Positions 1 through 10,447 of a stretch of DNA of 64,000 nucleotides are shown here, one piece after another; positions within the stretch are counted from its first letter, which is position 1, and each line of letters begins with the position of its first letter. The notes beneath the pieces were generated by a model. That model was not told the origin of the DNA. It did not search any database and was given only the letters and a program-made list of their open reading frames with translations. The translations under genes and the position numbers were made by a program. The stretch comes from a virus (taxonomy: Duplodnaviria; Caudoviricetes). The stretch spans positions 1-64,000 of the IMG/VR virus record IMGVR_UViG_3300042295_001683, one strand, 5' to 3'.

Positions 1-123
1 TCTACCTCATCAGTGTATCGACTAGAACCACAAGGTTATCAGTACTTTGATGACTACACTGGTATTGTCAGTGGTATTTGGGCTAGCGTTAATGGCAACA
101 TGAGAATAGAGGAGGGTACATAA
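1..123 (+). CDS. 3' end of a truncated phage protein, probably structural
   Basis: Frame 1 is open (STSSVYRLEPQGYQYFDDYTGIVSGIWASVNGNMRIEEGT*); TAATG couples it to the next ORF. Confidence 0.55.
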   Translation, partial: STSSVYRLEPQGYQYFDDYTGIVSGIWASVNGNMRIEEGT

Positions 124-659
124 TGGCAACTATTTTATCTAATCCCTTCATTATCCCTGACGCTTCAATAGTGCCAGCAAAGTTAGCCCAGCCTTACACC
201 AAAGGAGGTTCGGTTTCTTTAAGTGGCGTTAGTTACGATTTCACAGCCATACCTTCATGGGCGACCGAAATTGATATAGGGATTTCGGCTGTAGGATTTA
301 ATGCTTCATCAACTATCCTTTTGCAAATAGGGGATAGCGGAGGGATAAGTACTTCTGGGTACTTAGGTGGAAACGCAGTTTTAGCAGCAGCCCCTACCTA
401 TGCAAATCAAACTACTGGACTGCTGATTTACACTACTTTTAGTTCAGGTATTCGATTCATTGCAAATATAAACCTTAGAAGAAATGGGACTACAAATACT
501 TGGGTTTTATCTTCTTATGGGTATTTTGAATCTAATGCGATTGGTCAAATATCAGTAGCCTCAAGAACTCTATCTAACGCATTAGATAGAGTTCGCCTTA
601 CTAGTGTAGCTGGTACTGCAAGTTTTGTTTCTGGTGTCGCGTCTATTTCTTGGAGCTAA
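123..659 (+). CDS. Putative tail fibre / receptor-binding domain protein
   Basis: G/S/T-rich beta-type composition, C-terminal LDRVRLT...SISW; followed by a chaperone-like ORF. Confidence 0.55.
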   Translation: MATILSNPFIIPDASIVPAKLAQPYTKGGSVSLSGVSYDFTAIPSWATEIDIGISAVGFNASSTILLQIGDSGGISTSGYLGGNAVLAAAPTYANQTTGLLIYTTFSSGIRFIANINLRRNGTTNTWVLSSYGYFESNAIGQISVASRTLSNALDRVRLTSVAGTASFVSGVASISWS

Positions 660-665
660 CTAATC

Positions 666-986
666 ATGTTTAGAATTGAATTAGATTTATCAACAGGCAA
701 AGAGGTTAAAGTATACCTATCACAGCAAGAGATTGAAGCATTGCAAAACATTATTCAGCCTACAGTCATTCGCGAGATTGATGCAAGGCGTTTAAGGCTT
801 GCGTTGCATCAATTAAATCTTTTGAATACTGTCGAGACAGCGATTGCCACATTAGGTCGTACTGCCCAAATCGAATGGGAGTATGCAACCATAATTAAAG
901 AGAACTACCCTTTGGTGATTTCCTTATCAACTGATCTGGGCTTAAATGTTAGCGAGATTTTTGATATTGCGATCGCAATTAAATAA
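666..986 (+). CDS. Putative tail fibre assembly-associated protein
   Basis: ARRLRLAL...QIEWEYA...IFDIA pattern typical of small proteins downstream of tail fibres. Confidence 0.55.
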   Translation: MFRIELDLSTGKEVKVYLSQQEIEALQNIIQPTVIREIDARRLRLALHQLNLLNTVETAIATLGRTAQIEWEYATIIKENYPLVISLSTDLGLNVSEIFDIAIAIK

Positions 987-1854
987 AGCTTAGTTGTACT
1001 TGTTTGCTTGGCATTTTAGCGATCGCCTGTAAGTCTGCGCGGATATTCTTCGAGCGATCGCATATCCATAATTTCTCAGTGCGCTTGATATCGTGCTTAG
1101 TCCGCGATCGCCCATTTGATGCGGACATAGTTGTCTCTATCTCTACGCATTTTTGCGCTGATTTGGGCGCGATATCCTGATGATAGTTACTCAGTACATA
1201 GCTAGATTCACAAGCGTCAAGAGCATCACATAAAGCTTGATAATCGTCTAAGGTATAGCCGCCGTAGTGACCTTGGTTAGTATTTGGGTATGGCGGATCT
1301 GCATAAACTAAACCGTGTGGACAATCCCAACGCTTAATAAAGTCAAGAGCATCTTCGCAGCCAATATACACATCTCGCAGTCGCTCAAAACATTCTGGCA
1401 ATCTAGCGGCGCGATTTACCCATGTTGCTGCTTTGCTTTCATTAATTACTTGCGCCGCCCATCCGCATCCAATTTGACTAGCAAAACTCATATTGCATTG
1501 GATGTAAGTAGCCCAAGCAACTTTTAGATCGCTGTATTCAGATGGATTGTTATAGATTTTTCGCGCCTCACGATGTTCTTCTTGGCTGTAAGGCGTGAGT
1601 TCTATCCATCGCGCTAACTCATCAGGCTGCTCTCTTGCCACGCGCCAGAACGTGATTAATTGCTTATTCAGGTCATTAATTGCTTCGCGGTAATAGTCAC
1701 TATTACCGCGATCTATTTTGCCTTTGGCATAGAGTACAGCCCCGCCACCAAAGAAAGGCTCTACATAAACGGTGTGTGGTATCGCCATGATGTGAGGGAC
1801 TATTTGAGTGGCGATACGACTTTTGCCCCCATAATAAGAACAGGGTGTTTTCAT
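979..1854 (-). CDS. DNA adenine methyltransferase (D12/Dam class)
   Basis: YYGGKSR, YVEPFFGGGAV, INDL and YADPPY motifs; likely start MKTPC at 1854. Confidence 0.92.
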   Translation of the reverse strand: MKTPCSYYGGKSRIATQIVPHIMAIPHTVYVEPFFGGGAVLYAKGKIDRGNSDYYREAINDLNKQLITFWRVAREQPDELARWIELTPYSQEEHREARKIYNNPSEYSDLKVAWATYIQCNMSFASQIGCGWAAQVINESKAATWVNRAARLPECFERLRDVYIGCEDALDFIKRWDCPHGLVYADPPYPNTNQGHYGGYTLDDYQALCDALDACESSYVLSNYHQDIAPKSAQKCVEIETTMSASNGRSRTKHDIKRTEKLWICDRSKNIRADLQAIAKMPSKQVQLSFI

Positions 1855-2402
1855 ATAGTTACAGATACATTGCCAAGATGCCCACAGCAAGCCTTAAACT
1901 TTTTAGCTGTGAACTTACCAAAATAGAATAAAGTCTGGCTTGTGTCATTGCCAGATTTTTTCTTTTTGCCATCGTTCTTAGGGTTTGTGAACTCAAGCCG
2001 ATGGTTAAAAGTTAGGTAACACGCAGAATAATTTTGAGCGTCTAGAAACCAATTAGAGCTTGTATTAGAGTTAGTCAGTAAGAAGGTATTACCTATGTGT
2101 GCATAGGTCAAAACCATCTCTACAGCCCTCTCAATGTTGCCTTTGGAGTAAGGTGGGTTAACCCACTTATTTGGGTAATGACTCCAATCCTTACTAAATG
2201 CGTCATCAGCTTTAGTCCAAAAGGTTTGAGCTTGGATGACTTGATTTGCTCTTAAGCAAGAAAATGGATCAAGATGGAAGCCTTTAACTAATTCTCGAAA
2301 TGGCTCCACAATGTAACTCGCTGTATAGTTCTCATCGTTTGATTCATCGTCATTTGTAAGAACATAATCTAGAGTAAATAGGTTTTCTTGTATTGCGATC
2401 AT
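1851..2402 (-). CDS. Phage N6-adenine DNA methyltransferase
   Basis: DENYT, FHLDPFS, WVNPPYS and TSSNWF motifs. Confidence 0.85.
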   Translation of the reverse strand: MIAIQENLFTLDYVLTNDDESNDENYTASYIVEPFRELVKGFHLDPFSCLRANQVIQAQTFWTKADDAFSKDWSHYPNKWVNPPYSKGNIERAVEMVLTYAHIGNTFLLTNSNTSSNWFLDAQNYSACYLTFNHRLEFTNPKNDGKKKKSGNDTSQTLFYFGKFTAKKFKACCGHLGNVSVTI

Positions 2403-2571
2403 TACAACCCTCCTAAAAACTCATTTTTCGCAATCTTGACCATCAATGCTTGCTGCCCCAAATACAGCAGATGTAGCTCAATGAGTAGCTGCTTAGCTGA
2501 GTCAATGTCAATGTTTTGGATTTGTTGGCAGAATAGAGCGTGAGTAAACGCTTTTTCGGGCGGTAAGTCGC

Positions 2572-3327
2572 TCATGGCAATTCACTCCATACTTTCCCAT
2601 CCAATTCAGGCAATGAAATCTTTTTACCATTGACTGCCCTTTGTTTATAAAAGAAAGCCTTGTTAGCAGCTTTGACTTCATCCCGCAGCGATCGCACCCA
2701 GTCTTCATCCATCGGTCTAGCACCCTTACCAGATTCAGCGCCGACGATCGCGAGGTCAATGTATTGGGCATAAGCGCCGATATAAACTTCTTCTAGTAGT
2801 GGCTCAAAACTGACAAAAGTATTGCCTCCAAGCTGTTTAATTGCAGCGATCGTATCAAGGCGTTTCAACGCCGTGCCTTGGCTCTCAACCGAAACACCTA
2901 ACCATATATTGCTAGGGAGAAAGGGAAAATCAGATCTAGCACACCAATCATTTACAACTTGCAAAAGGGTGTCAGCACGTTTGGACAAGAGCATAAACGT
3001 CTGATTGTGAGAGGAAGCCATAGCTTGAATCATCTCTAATTGCCACTCTCTAGGAATCCAATCACCGCACCAATCTGTCATAGAGCAAACAAAATGACGT
3101 TTAGGCGATCGCATTCTCGCCCACTTAGCAAGCATTTCGTAGTTAAGCTCTAGTTCTGGAGCTTTGCCTGTATAGGTCAATCCACTAGCAAAGTCAAAGC
3201 GATTACCTGTATTAATTGCTTCAGCATAGCAGTTGGCGCATCCTTCCGATATTTTCCTACACCAATGACCACCGCCTTTGACGGTGATTGGGTTATCAGT
3301 TACATCAGTCCATTCAATTTTACTCAT
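2572..3327 (-). CDS. Phage Gp37/Gp68 family (DUF5131) radical-SAM-like protein
   Basis: SKIEWTD, CRKISEGCANCYA, FVCSMTD, NIWLGVSVE, SFEPLL, GAESG, FFYKQ. Confidence 0.9.
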   Translation of the reverse strand: MSKIEWTDVTDNPITVKGGGHWCRKISEGCANCYAEAINTGNRFDFASGLTYTGKAPELELNYEMLAKWARMRSPKRHFVCSMTDWCGDWIPREWQLEMIQAMASSHNQTFMLLSKRADTLLQVVNDWCARSDFPFLPSNIWLGVSVESQGTALKRLDTIAAIKQLGGNTFVSFEPLLEEVYIGAYAQYIDLAIVGAESGKGARPMDEDWVRSLRDEVKAANKAFFYKQRAVNGKKISLPELDGKVWSELP

Positions 3328-3835
3328 GATTCCACACCTTCCACAAACTACAACGCTGATTCAATTCTCGCCATGCATTCTGTAACGGAGAGCGATCGCA
3401 TGAGTTGCGATGTGCGCACTGGCTGCAATCGTGAGATGTTTGCATGGTGGTGGTGATTGTGTCGATTATTTTATTCATGATTTTGGTTTAGGTAGAAACT
3501 TCCAACATGCATCAAAAAAATGATCGTTCCATCTTTCTTCTTTGCCATCTATAAAAAGAATGTGGACGCGAACAGAATTAGGATAATTTTTGACGTTTTC
3601 AGATCTTAAATACTCTACAATTTCGCCTGTGTGCTTATTTTTACACTGTGTCATAATCCTTTCAACTCCTTCCACTCTTCCTTTAACATTCTGAATGCCG
3701 CCAAGTCCTGATTTATTTGGCGATCAACTACAGCTTTACCAATACCGTGAACTGCCATGCGATCGCGTACCGATTCTACAAGCTTATCAATGGCTTGTTC
3801 TGTTCCTGCGATCGCATCTTGTCTGATTTGTGCGT

Positions 3836-4117
3836 TCATATCTTTTCACACCTTACTAATCGTTTGTTTCTCGCAGTCAAAATAACCGCATCGTACCGTT
3901 CAATTGCATCTAGAAATTCAGACTGATTTCTAACAACTTGAACAAAACTTCTATCTGGTATTGATGGCTCAATCTCATCATTTTTGAGTTTCACTACCTT
4001 GAATACAGGTTGCTGGTGGAATGTCACGATCACTTCCTTTTTACCAGCTTGCACAGCACGACATATCGAGGTTAGAGAAGCACGAAATTTGGTTAGGGGT
4101 TTATATTCTGCAATCAT
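3836..4117 (-). CDS. Phd/YefM-like antitoxin, tandem domain, orphan
   Basis: Two Phd-like halves (FRASL...VIVTFHQQPVFKVV; VRNQSEFLD...VILTARNKRLVR). Confidence 0.55.
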   Translation of the reverse strand: MIAEYKPLTKFRASLTSICRAVQAGKKEVIVTFHQQPVFKVVKLKNDEIEPSIPDRSFVQVVRNQSEFLDAIERYDAVILTARNKRLVRCEKI

Positions 4118-4387
4118 TTACACCCTCTTGATGTCTACGATGTGACCAATAGCAACTTGAGATGGTGTATACCCTTGACTTTCCACATCAGCTTTGATTG
4201 CGTTAGTCAACCTTCCAGCACTAGCCATGCTAGGTAAACCATCAGTAGCTCCAATGAGTCCCGAAACAATGATTTGATCTATATCATCAGATACTGCGCT
4301 TTCAATATCTATTAGATATTTATAAAAAAATAATCCACTTAATCCCATGATTCTCTCCAAATAATTTAATAATGCGATCGCGCTCAC
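4118..4387 (-). CDS. Hypothetical protein
   Basis: 89-aa ORF in a leftward operon. Confidence 0.45.
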   Translation of the reverse strand: MSAIALLNYLERIMGLSGLFFYKYLIDIESAVSDDIDQIIVSGLIGATDGLPSMASAGRLTNAIKADVESQGYTPSQVAIGHIVDIKRV

Positions 4388-4636
4388 AACTTGATCGCGT
4401 GATTTTGCTTGTTAGCTTTAGTGAGAGTGTGATCGCGCCTTGCAACCTTGACCACAGGTGATAATTCTTTGCAAGAGAATAGGTATTGCTACCCGATTAC
4501 ATATGCTTTACCCTCAAATTTAATAATGTTTGATCCGTCATCTAACTGATAAACAGTATATACCGAATATACTAAATATACTAGCCCCAAATCATAACTA
4601 TCCATCACAATAAACCCGCAAAGCATAGACTAAAAT

Positions 4637-5800
4637 CTATGACTGAATATCGCGATACCGTAGCAGACTGCACTCGTTATCAGGGGCGGCTTTACGGAAC
4701 TCTAATCCGTAAGCGCTGTAATCGAATCTGTGGGTTTTTCTAAAGGTATTCCTAGCAAATGGACACCCTCTAGATATTGCAAGCTGATAAGCCATCTCTA
4801 GCGTCATCCATTCATTCTCAAACTCTGTTGCTTGCACCCGTGAGAAGAAAGAAATCTCATGATGATCACGATTGTAGCGATGGATTTCCCCTGCTACAGA
4901 GCGATTGTAGAGAAGTTTGGATAATTTTCTTAGCTCAATATTCTCGCCTAGCAGATCATTTAGCTTGTAAGCAATTGTTACGGCATCCTGCCATTTATCG
5001 GTAAGCACTGAGTTAATCTGCTCAGTCGAGATAATCCGCTTAGCGACTCCCTTCTTTTTATCTGATTCAACTTTCTTACGGGTGCGGGTGCGTTTTGGAT
5101 TACTCCAATCTAATAAAAGTTTCTGAACATCAGGGTGCATCCTATACCGTTTTTTGAGCGATGGTAGATACACTTTTAGGCTGGCATATTCACCTCCGCT
5201 AGCCTTATAAGCAAGCAAAGCTTTTATACGCTGACCATCGGGGCGATCGCAGATCGGTGGTTTTTGTCGTGGGCATAACGGGGCACTGTAGGCAAAAAAG
5301 CTGTATAGATTCAGTATTGATAGCAAACCACTCAAACAGGGCTTTAAACACGCAAAAATATATAGGTACGTTGGTGATTTGCGATCTGTTAGCCTTTCGC
5401 GGTTACGAATCCGCTTACGTTGCTTTTTGGCTTTCGGCTTTGCAACATTCTTGGGCGGCTTGGTCTTTGGGCGATCGCTTTTCGGTTTTGGCGGTGGAGA
5501 TGCGATCGTCTCTAACTCTGGTTCTGGTCTAGCTTTTGGCGGTTGTAATTTTGGCGCATCACCAATATGCAAAACGTTGCGATCTAATAGCGACTGCCAT
5601 AGGCTAGACCACTGATTTTTATACACCAAATACCGAGCTACGAATAACGCATTAGTGGCAATAGCGCGATCATCTTTGAGCTTGCGCCTTTGCTCATGTT
5701 CTGCGATCGCACTTAGGATCGGCGCAACTTGTCGCCATATTTCGGGGCTGGTGTCAGGGGAGGGAATTGCGGGGATGCAGATGGGTATGGTGGGTTTCAT
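4637..5800 (-). CDS. Hypothetical basic, probably DNA-binding protein
   Basis: 387-aa ORF with Pro/Lys-rich linker, coupled to the replication operon. Confidence 0.6.
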   Translation of the reverse strand: MKPTIPICIPAIPSPDTSPEIWRQVAPILSAIAEHEQRRKLKDDRAIATNALFVARYLVYKNQWSSLWQSLLDRNVLHIGDAPKLQPPKARPEPELETIASPPPKPKSDRPKTKPPKNVAKPKAKKQRKRIRNRERLTDRKSPTYLYIFACLKPCLSGLLSILNLYSFFAYSAPLCPRQKPPICDRPDGQRIKALLAYKASGGEYASLKVYLPSLKKRYRMHPDVQKLLLDWSNPKRTRTRKKVESDKKKGVAKRIISTEQINSVLTDKWQDAVTIAYKLNDLLGENIELRKLSKLLYNRSVAGEIHRYNRDHHEISFFSRVQATEFENEWMTLEMAYQLAISRGCPFARNTFRKTHRFDYSAYGLEFRKAAPDNECSLLRYRDIQS

Positions 5801-6002
5801 TTTGTGTACTGTGAAATAAAATATCTTAGCTTTAGAGTCATGTAATAGAACTGATTGTAGATACCTTGATCATCGGTTTCACCCCATTGTTTAGCAGCCG
5901 TTCGCCAATCAATGCCATAGCGATCAAGGATGTAATCGTTGACTTCACGAACAAGACGTTCATAAAATTGTTGATTGGTTTCTTTGTAGAAAGGTATTAA
6001 AT

Positions 6003-6446
6003 TCATAGTAAAGATTTTAAAGAGCTAATTAGTTTTTCGATCGTGGTAATATCTGCAATTTGGGAAACAGTCTCAACCTCAGAGCCAGTTCTCAACTTGT
6101 ATTTAGAGAGCCAAGCAGCAAGGCGATCGCTTACTGGTATTTCACCAAGTTTCGCTTCAAGTAAAGTTAGATTTTCTTTGAGTTCTGTATCTAAATCTTT
6201 GCGCTGATTCACTAAAGTTTTACGCTTTTCTACCAGCTTTCCAGCCAATAAAATATAGTCGTAAGGATCTTTAATCATTGCAGTAGTAGTCACCACAGGG
6301 GGAGAGATTTCGCCTATCTCTTGCAGTGCTGTTGTTAGGATTTTTTGTGATTCATCTTTGCCAACGTAAGCGGCGATTAATTCCAATTCTGTTTGTTTGG
6401 CAATGATGAACTGTGAGAAATCAGGGGCTAGGGTGTTAGTATCCAT
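6003..6446 (-). CDS. Hypothetical protein
   Basis: 147-aa ORF overlapping the dnaB stop. Confidence 0.6.
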   Translation of the reverse strand: MDTNTLAPDFSQFIIAKQTELELIAAYVGKDESQKILTTALQEIGEISPPVVTTTAMIKDPYDYILLAGKLVEKRKTLVNQRKDLDTELKENLTLLEAKLGEIPVSDRLAAWLSKYKLRTGSEVETVSQIADITTIEKLISSLKSLL

Positions 6447-7794
6447 GATTTGCTCTCAGATTAGAAACTGTAGAGTTCGCACCATCCCACAATAGTTTTA
6501 CTGTTCCAGTTCTCCCATAGCGATTCTTTAAAGTGATTAACTCTAAAATGCCTGTGTCTACTGTGTCTTTGTTGTAGTATTCATCTCTATAGCAGCCAAT
6601 CATTAGATCGCTAGCTTCTTCTACTCCACCTGATTCCTTGGCACTATAAATCGTTGGGCGCTTATCTCCTGATTGCTTAGTATCGCGCCCAATTTGGCAT
6701 AAAACTACGATGCGAGTATCTAACTCTTTTTTGAGTTGATTAAGCTCTTCTAACACATAATCTACACGCTCTCTAGTTAGCATGTTTTGATTTGTACGAA
6801 CCAATGTTAAGTAGTCAATCCCAATCATCCCAATAGAGCCATGCTCAGCATAAAACTGTCTTGCAATAGAGACAATATCTTCAATCTTTCGGGCGCGATC
6901 GTTGACCTTCATAGGTAAACCCGAATAGTTCTCTTGAGCTTCCATCAATACGCCCCATTCTTCAGGCTTAATGTGACCGTTTTGCAATGATCCTGTACTG
7001 ATTTGAGCGTGTTTAGAAAACAGTTTCTGAGCTTGTGCTGAGCTGCTCATCTCAAGAGAAAAGAACAATGATGGCTGTCTCATCACGTAAGAAGTGTAAG
7101 TCAGTAGCTCAAGTAGTACGGTAGTTTTACCCATGCCAGTGCTACCAAGTATCGTTACAAGTCTTTGCCTTGGTAGTCCACCTGATAGCAAGTAATCAAG
7201 ATCTTTGAATCCAGTCGGCAGGATCGATTCGTGAATATTGCCTGTTTCCCTAGCCTCTGCAATCTTGGTTAGGTTTATAAACTCTTCTCCCATGACATCA
7301 AACATTAAGCGGGTGTGACTCTCATCACCTTGCAATGCCCGAAATTCTACGAGTTTTTGCTCAAACCATGAAAGCGAGTCTGCAAATTCACGCTCTTGAA
7401 AAATGCCTTGAGCCTCTCGGCAAAAGTCGCGATACTTTCGAGATTTATACTTTTCTCGGATTAGCTCGGCATATTCGACAATGCTAGGAGACGGTAAATG
7501 ATTCTCGTACAGGGCAAAAATGGCGGCGCGATCGCTTAGGTTTGGCGGTAAACCTTTCATTTCGCGCTTGGTTGCCATGTGCTGATACACAGATTCAGGG
7601 CTAATATAACCACCTGAATTAAATAATTCTACGCAGGTATTAAAAATTTGACCGTGAAGGGCTGTATAAAACATCTCGCTAGTCAGTATAGGGGTAACAG
7701 CCTTTATCACGTCCTGAGAGCTTAATACTGTGGCAATGACGATATTTTCTGCTACGACTGAGCATAGACTTTCACCAGTTGATAGATCTTTCAT
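6436..7794 (-). CDS. dnaB: Replicative DNA helicase, DnaB family
   Basis: PTGFKDLD, Walker A GSTGMGKT, FFSLEMS, IDYL, ESGGVEEASD, KNRYGRTG. Confidence 0.95.
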   Translation of the reverse strand: MKDLSTGESLCSVVAENIVIATVLSSQDVIKAVTPILTSEMFYTALHGQIFNTCVELFNSGGYISPESVYQHMATKREMKGLPPNLSDRAAIFALYENHLPSPSIVEYAELIREKYKSRKYRDFCREAQGIFQEREFADSLSWFEQKLVEFRALQGDESHTRLMFDVMGEEFINLTKIAEARETGNIHESILPTGFKDLDYLLSGGLPRQRLVTILGSTGMGKTTVLLELLTYTSYVMRQPSLFFSLEMSSSAQAQKLFSKHAQISTGSLQNGHIKPEEWGVLMEAQENYSGLPMKVNDRARKIEDIVSIARQFYAEHGSIGMIGIDYLTLVRTNQNMLTRERVDYVLEELNQLKKELDTRIVVLCQIGRDTKQSGDKRPTIYSAKESGGVEEASDLMIGCYRDEYYNKDTVDTGILELITLKNRYGRTGTVKLLWDGANSTVSNLRANHGY

Positions 7795-8804
7795 GATGCT
7801 TTCCTAGCTAATTTGGCGGCGTATTCTCTTGCCATGCTTGGCATTGGTGCGATGATTTCGGGTTCTTGCACTGCGATCGGGGCGGGCTGCTGTTGCGATC
7901 GCTGGGTTTTGGATTCTAAAAAGTCTTGATAGCGATCACGGGATTCGTCCCATCGTGAATCGCACTTGTCGTTTTTGGGTTCTATAGCAACCCGCACCCA
8001 TTTCCTAGCATCCGATGAGTCGCAAGATGTTTTGTAAGCGTCCCATCGCTTCATCAAGGGAATTAAGAATTTTAAAAATTCTTTGTCGCCTATCATCTTC
8101 TTAACTTCAGGTTCACGTTGCCTTACTTCCATCGCTCGTTGATACGGATCGATAAATTTCAGGTTTTGCGGGGCGGGGGGATTAAGGGGGGTGGGGTCTT
8201 GATTTTCGGATTTGTCTTCAAGAGCGATAGTTTCTTTTTTTTCTTCAGGTAAAGAAATTTCAATTTTGCAAGACGCTTTCATTTTTTTTTCTTGCGCTCT
8301 TAAAAATGAATTTGGATCTGAGTTTGGATCTGGATCTGCATATGGATCTGGATCTGCAATCGGGACATTGAGGGACAGGTCATTTGTCCCTAATGTGTCC
8401 CTAGGGACAGGTAAGGGACATTCAATATTTAGTAATGCCTGAGCGCGTTGATTTCGCTTCTTTTCAGCCTCTTTTGCTTTACGTTGCATGTAAGCATCTG
8501 CACGTTCCATGACACCTGAACTGTAAATAATATGCTCTTGCCATAGCTGCTTATTTATCAAACCCAAATCAGCCAATGTGTCGAAATATCTAACCAACGT
8601 TCGATCGTCTGTGAGGTTTAGAGATCGTGCCAATCGCTTCATCCAAACATTAGTAGCCTGAATCTGAAAGCCAGTATCTTCAGCTCCGTATAACTCCTCA
8701 AGAATTACCCAGAAAAAGCCATATCCTGCTAAACCGTGAATGTCGATTAGCTCAAAAATCTGGTCATCTTTTCGAGAGCCAATCTCATGATTGAAAAATT
8801 TCAT
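7791..8804 (-). CDS. Phage replication initiator (DUF4373/Lin1244-like N-terminus)
   Basis: FFNHE...HGLAGYGFFWVILEELY N-terminal signature; directly upstream of dnaB; internal iterons. Confidence 0.75.
   Translation of the reverse strand: MKFFNHEIGSRKDDQIFELIDIHGLAGYGFFWVILEELYGAEDTGFQIQATNVWMKRLARSLNLTDDRTLVRYFDTLADLGLINKQLWQEHIIYSSGVMERADAYMQRKAKEAEKKRNQRAQALLNIECPLPVPRDTLGTNDLSLNVPIADPDPYADPDPNSDPNSFLRAQEKKMKASCKIEISLPEEKKETIALEDKSENQDPTPLNPPAPQNLKFIDPYQRAMEVRQREPEVKKMIGDKEFLKFLIPLMKRWDAYKTSCDSSDARKWVRVAIEPKNDKCDSRWDESRDRYQDFLESKTQRSQQQPAPIAVQEPEIIAPMPSMAREYAAKLARKAS
8311..8421. repeat. Iteron cluster / putative replication origin within the initiator gene
   Basis: Five GGATCT units (8314-8355), then six GGGACA/TGTCCC hexamers (8362, 8372, 8385, 8396, 8404, 8415), next to T-rich tracts at ~8230-8310. 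Confidence 0.7.
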
Positions 8805-9568
8805 TATGAGATACCGCCTTGCAATCTAAAAATACGTGAATGAAGCGCGTTAATTTCTTTGGAATAATAGTCTTGAGCGTCTTGTACCGCTTTCTCGTAG
8901 CCATCATTAAACCCTTGATGGTAATGAGATTGAGTTACATCATTAGGGTTAAAGCCGACAATTTGGCGATCGTTAAACTTTGGGAAATACATTGTGATGT
9001 AAAGTCTCTCAAGTATATTTATATCTGCATCAGATAGGTCTGAAACATTTTGATACCGAATCTCATCTACTCCAACAGCTTTTAATGGGTTGAACTTGTG
9101 ATGATTCTTCCATCTAGCATTAAGGTTTTGAGTCTTGCCTATATACCACAATTCAAACGGCTCCATGTTTATAGCTTCACAGCAAAAATAAATAGCAGGA
9201 AAGCTTGGTAATTCTCGCAGACCATGAGGCAAACTTTCTAAATCTAATTGATGAGTAAATAAACTCTCTTCACCAAACATTGATTTAGTAAAGCTTCGAT
9301 CAAAAATCTGCCTCATCCTGTACTCATAAGTAGTGCGCTCTCCGAAAGCACATAAGCGTAATGCCCTTGCAGTAAAATCATCTTGTTCCACGTAGTCATA
9401 TCCAATGACATAATCTTGAGGTTTTACGGATAGATTCCCTATGAGTCTAAGTACCTCGTCTTTGTGCTTTTGCGCTCTTTCAGCAAATTTAATCCTATGC
9501 TTCCCACCGTTGGTAGCAGGATCGGGCGGGTTAGTACCATCGTCTTCATAATCCAAAAATTGCATCAC
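8804..9568 (-). CDS. GIY-YIG domain protein
   Basis: PAIYF...WYIGKTQNLNARWKNH...LERLYI...PKFN. Confidence 0.75.
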   Translation of the reverse strand: MMQFLDYEDDGTNPPDPATNGGKHRIKFAERAQKHKDEVLRLIGNLSVKPQDYVIGYDYVEQDDFTARALRLCAFGERTTYEYRMRQIFDRSFTKSMFGEESLFTHQLDLESLPHGLRELPSFPAIYFCCEAINMEPFELWYIGKTQNLNARWKNHHKFNPLKAVGVDEIRYQNVSDLSDADINILERLYITMYFPKFNDRQIVGFNPNDVTQSHYHQGFNDGYEKAVQDAQDYYSKEINALHSRIFRLQGGIS

Positions 9569-9773
9569 GCCGCCACCTCATCAGACTTAGCGATCGCCGC
9601 TTTGTAGAACTTTTCGAGATTGCGTTGCATCGCGCCATGATGATCGGCTTTGCGATGACCTTCGAGAAAATCAATCAAATCAGCGCCAGAAATTTTAACG
9701 CTTGGTTTTGAATTTTTGCTCTTATCAAAAATACGAACCCATCCACTGCGATCGCCGCCAATAAAACTGTAAT

Positions 9774-10262
9774 TCATCCCACACGCTCCTTAGCTTTTGC
9801 CATTTCACCATTACCTAATGCTTTACGCAAATCTTCCATTGATTGCAGTTTTTCTGCTGGCGGTTCAGTAGCTGCAAAGCTAAGCAAATTATCGCGCCAT
9901 CCCATACCATCAAGTGATATAGAAATATCTGTAAAGCGCAGCACTGAGTTAGCCTGAATCAATATGGTTTTGTCAATCCAATCACGAATAAGAGCGTCGG
10001 CAACGCTATTAGAGAAAATAGGAAGATCGTAAGGAAACAATCCTTTATATTCGAGCCAATCTAGATTGAACTGAGCTTCACCATAACCATACTCAAGGGT
10101 AAGGGTTAAATGCTTTACCGTGTCTAACACGTAGCCGACAAAACGCTCAAAATCTTGCCTATACTCGTCACTGTGGATAGTTCTTAGTGCTAGTTCGCTG
10201 GTTGAACGATTAGCTTGGAATATAGTGATTTGTTGCTTAGTGGCTTGATCTAATACACTCAC
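9774..10262 (-). CDS. Hypothetical protein
   Basis: 162-aa ORF in a coupled operon. Confidence 0.6.
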   Translation of the reverse strand: MSVLDQATKQQITIFQANRSTSELALRTIHSDEYRQDFERFVGYVLDTVKHLTLTLEYGYGEAQFNLDWLEYKGLFPYDLPIFSNSVADALIRDWIDKTILIQANSVLRFTDISISLDGMGWRDNLLSFAATEPPAEKLQSMEDLRKALGNGEMAKAKERVG

Positions 10263-10447
10263 GCCGACACCTCAGACTTAGCGATCGTCAAACCTTTAAT
10301 ATTTGCTCTAGCAATCAAATCATCGATCGCTGTTTCGATAGTGTCGTTAATCGTTTCTCCCAAAACCTCAGACGCAATTCGGGCGTTACGGTGTTTGTCA
10401 GGAGGGATATAAGCCTTAACTTGGCTGTGTGTAGCTGCTTTGCCCAT
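10259..10447 (-). CDS. Small ribbon-helix-helix-like DNA-binding protein
   Basis: QVKAYIP beta-strand then two helices (TINDTIETAIDDLI). Confidence 0.5.
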   Translation of the reverse strand: MGKAATHSQVKAYIPPDKHRNARIASEVLGETINDTIETAIDDLIARANIKGLTIAKSEVSA

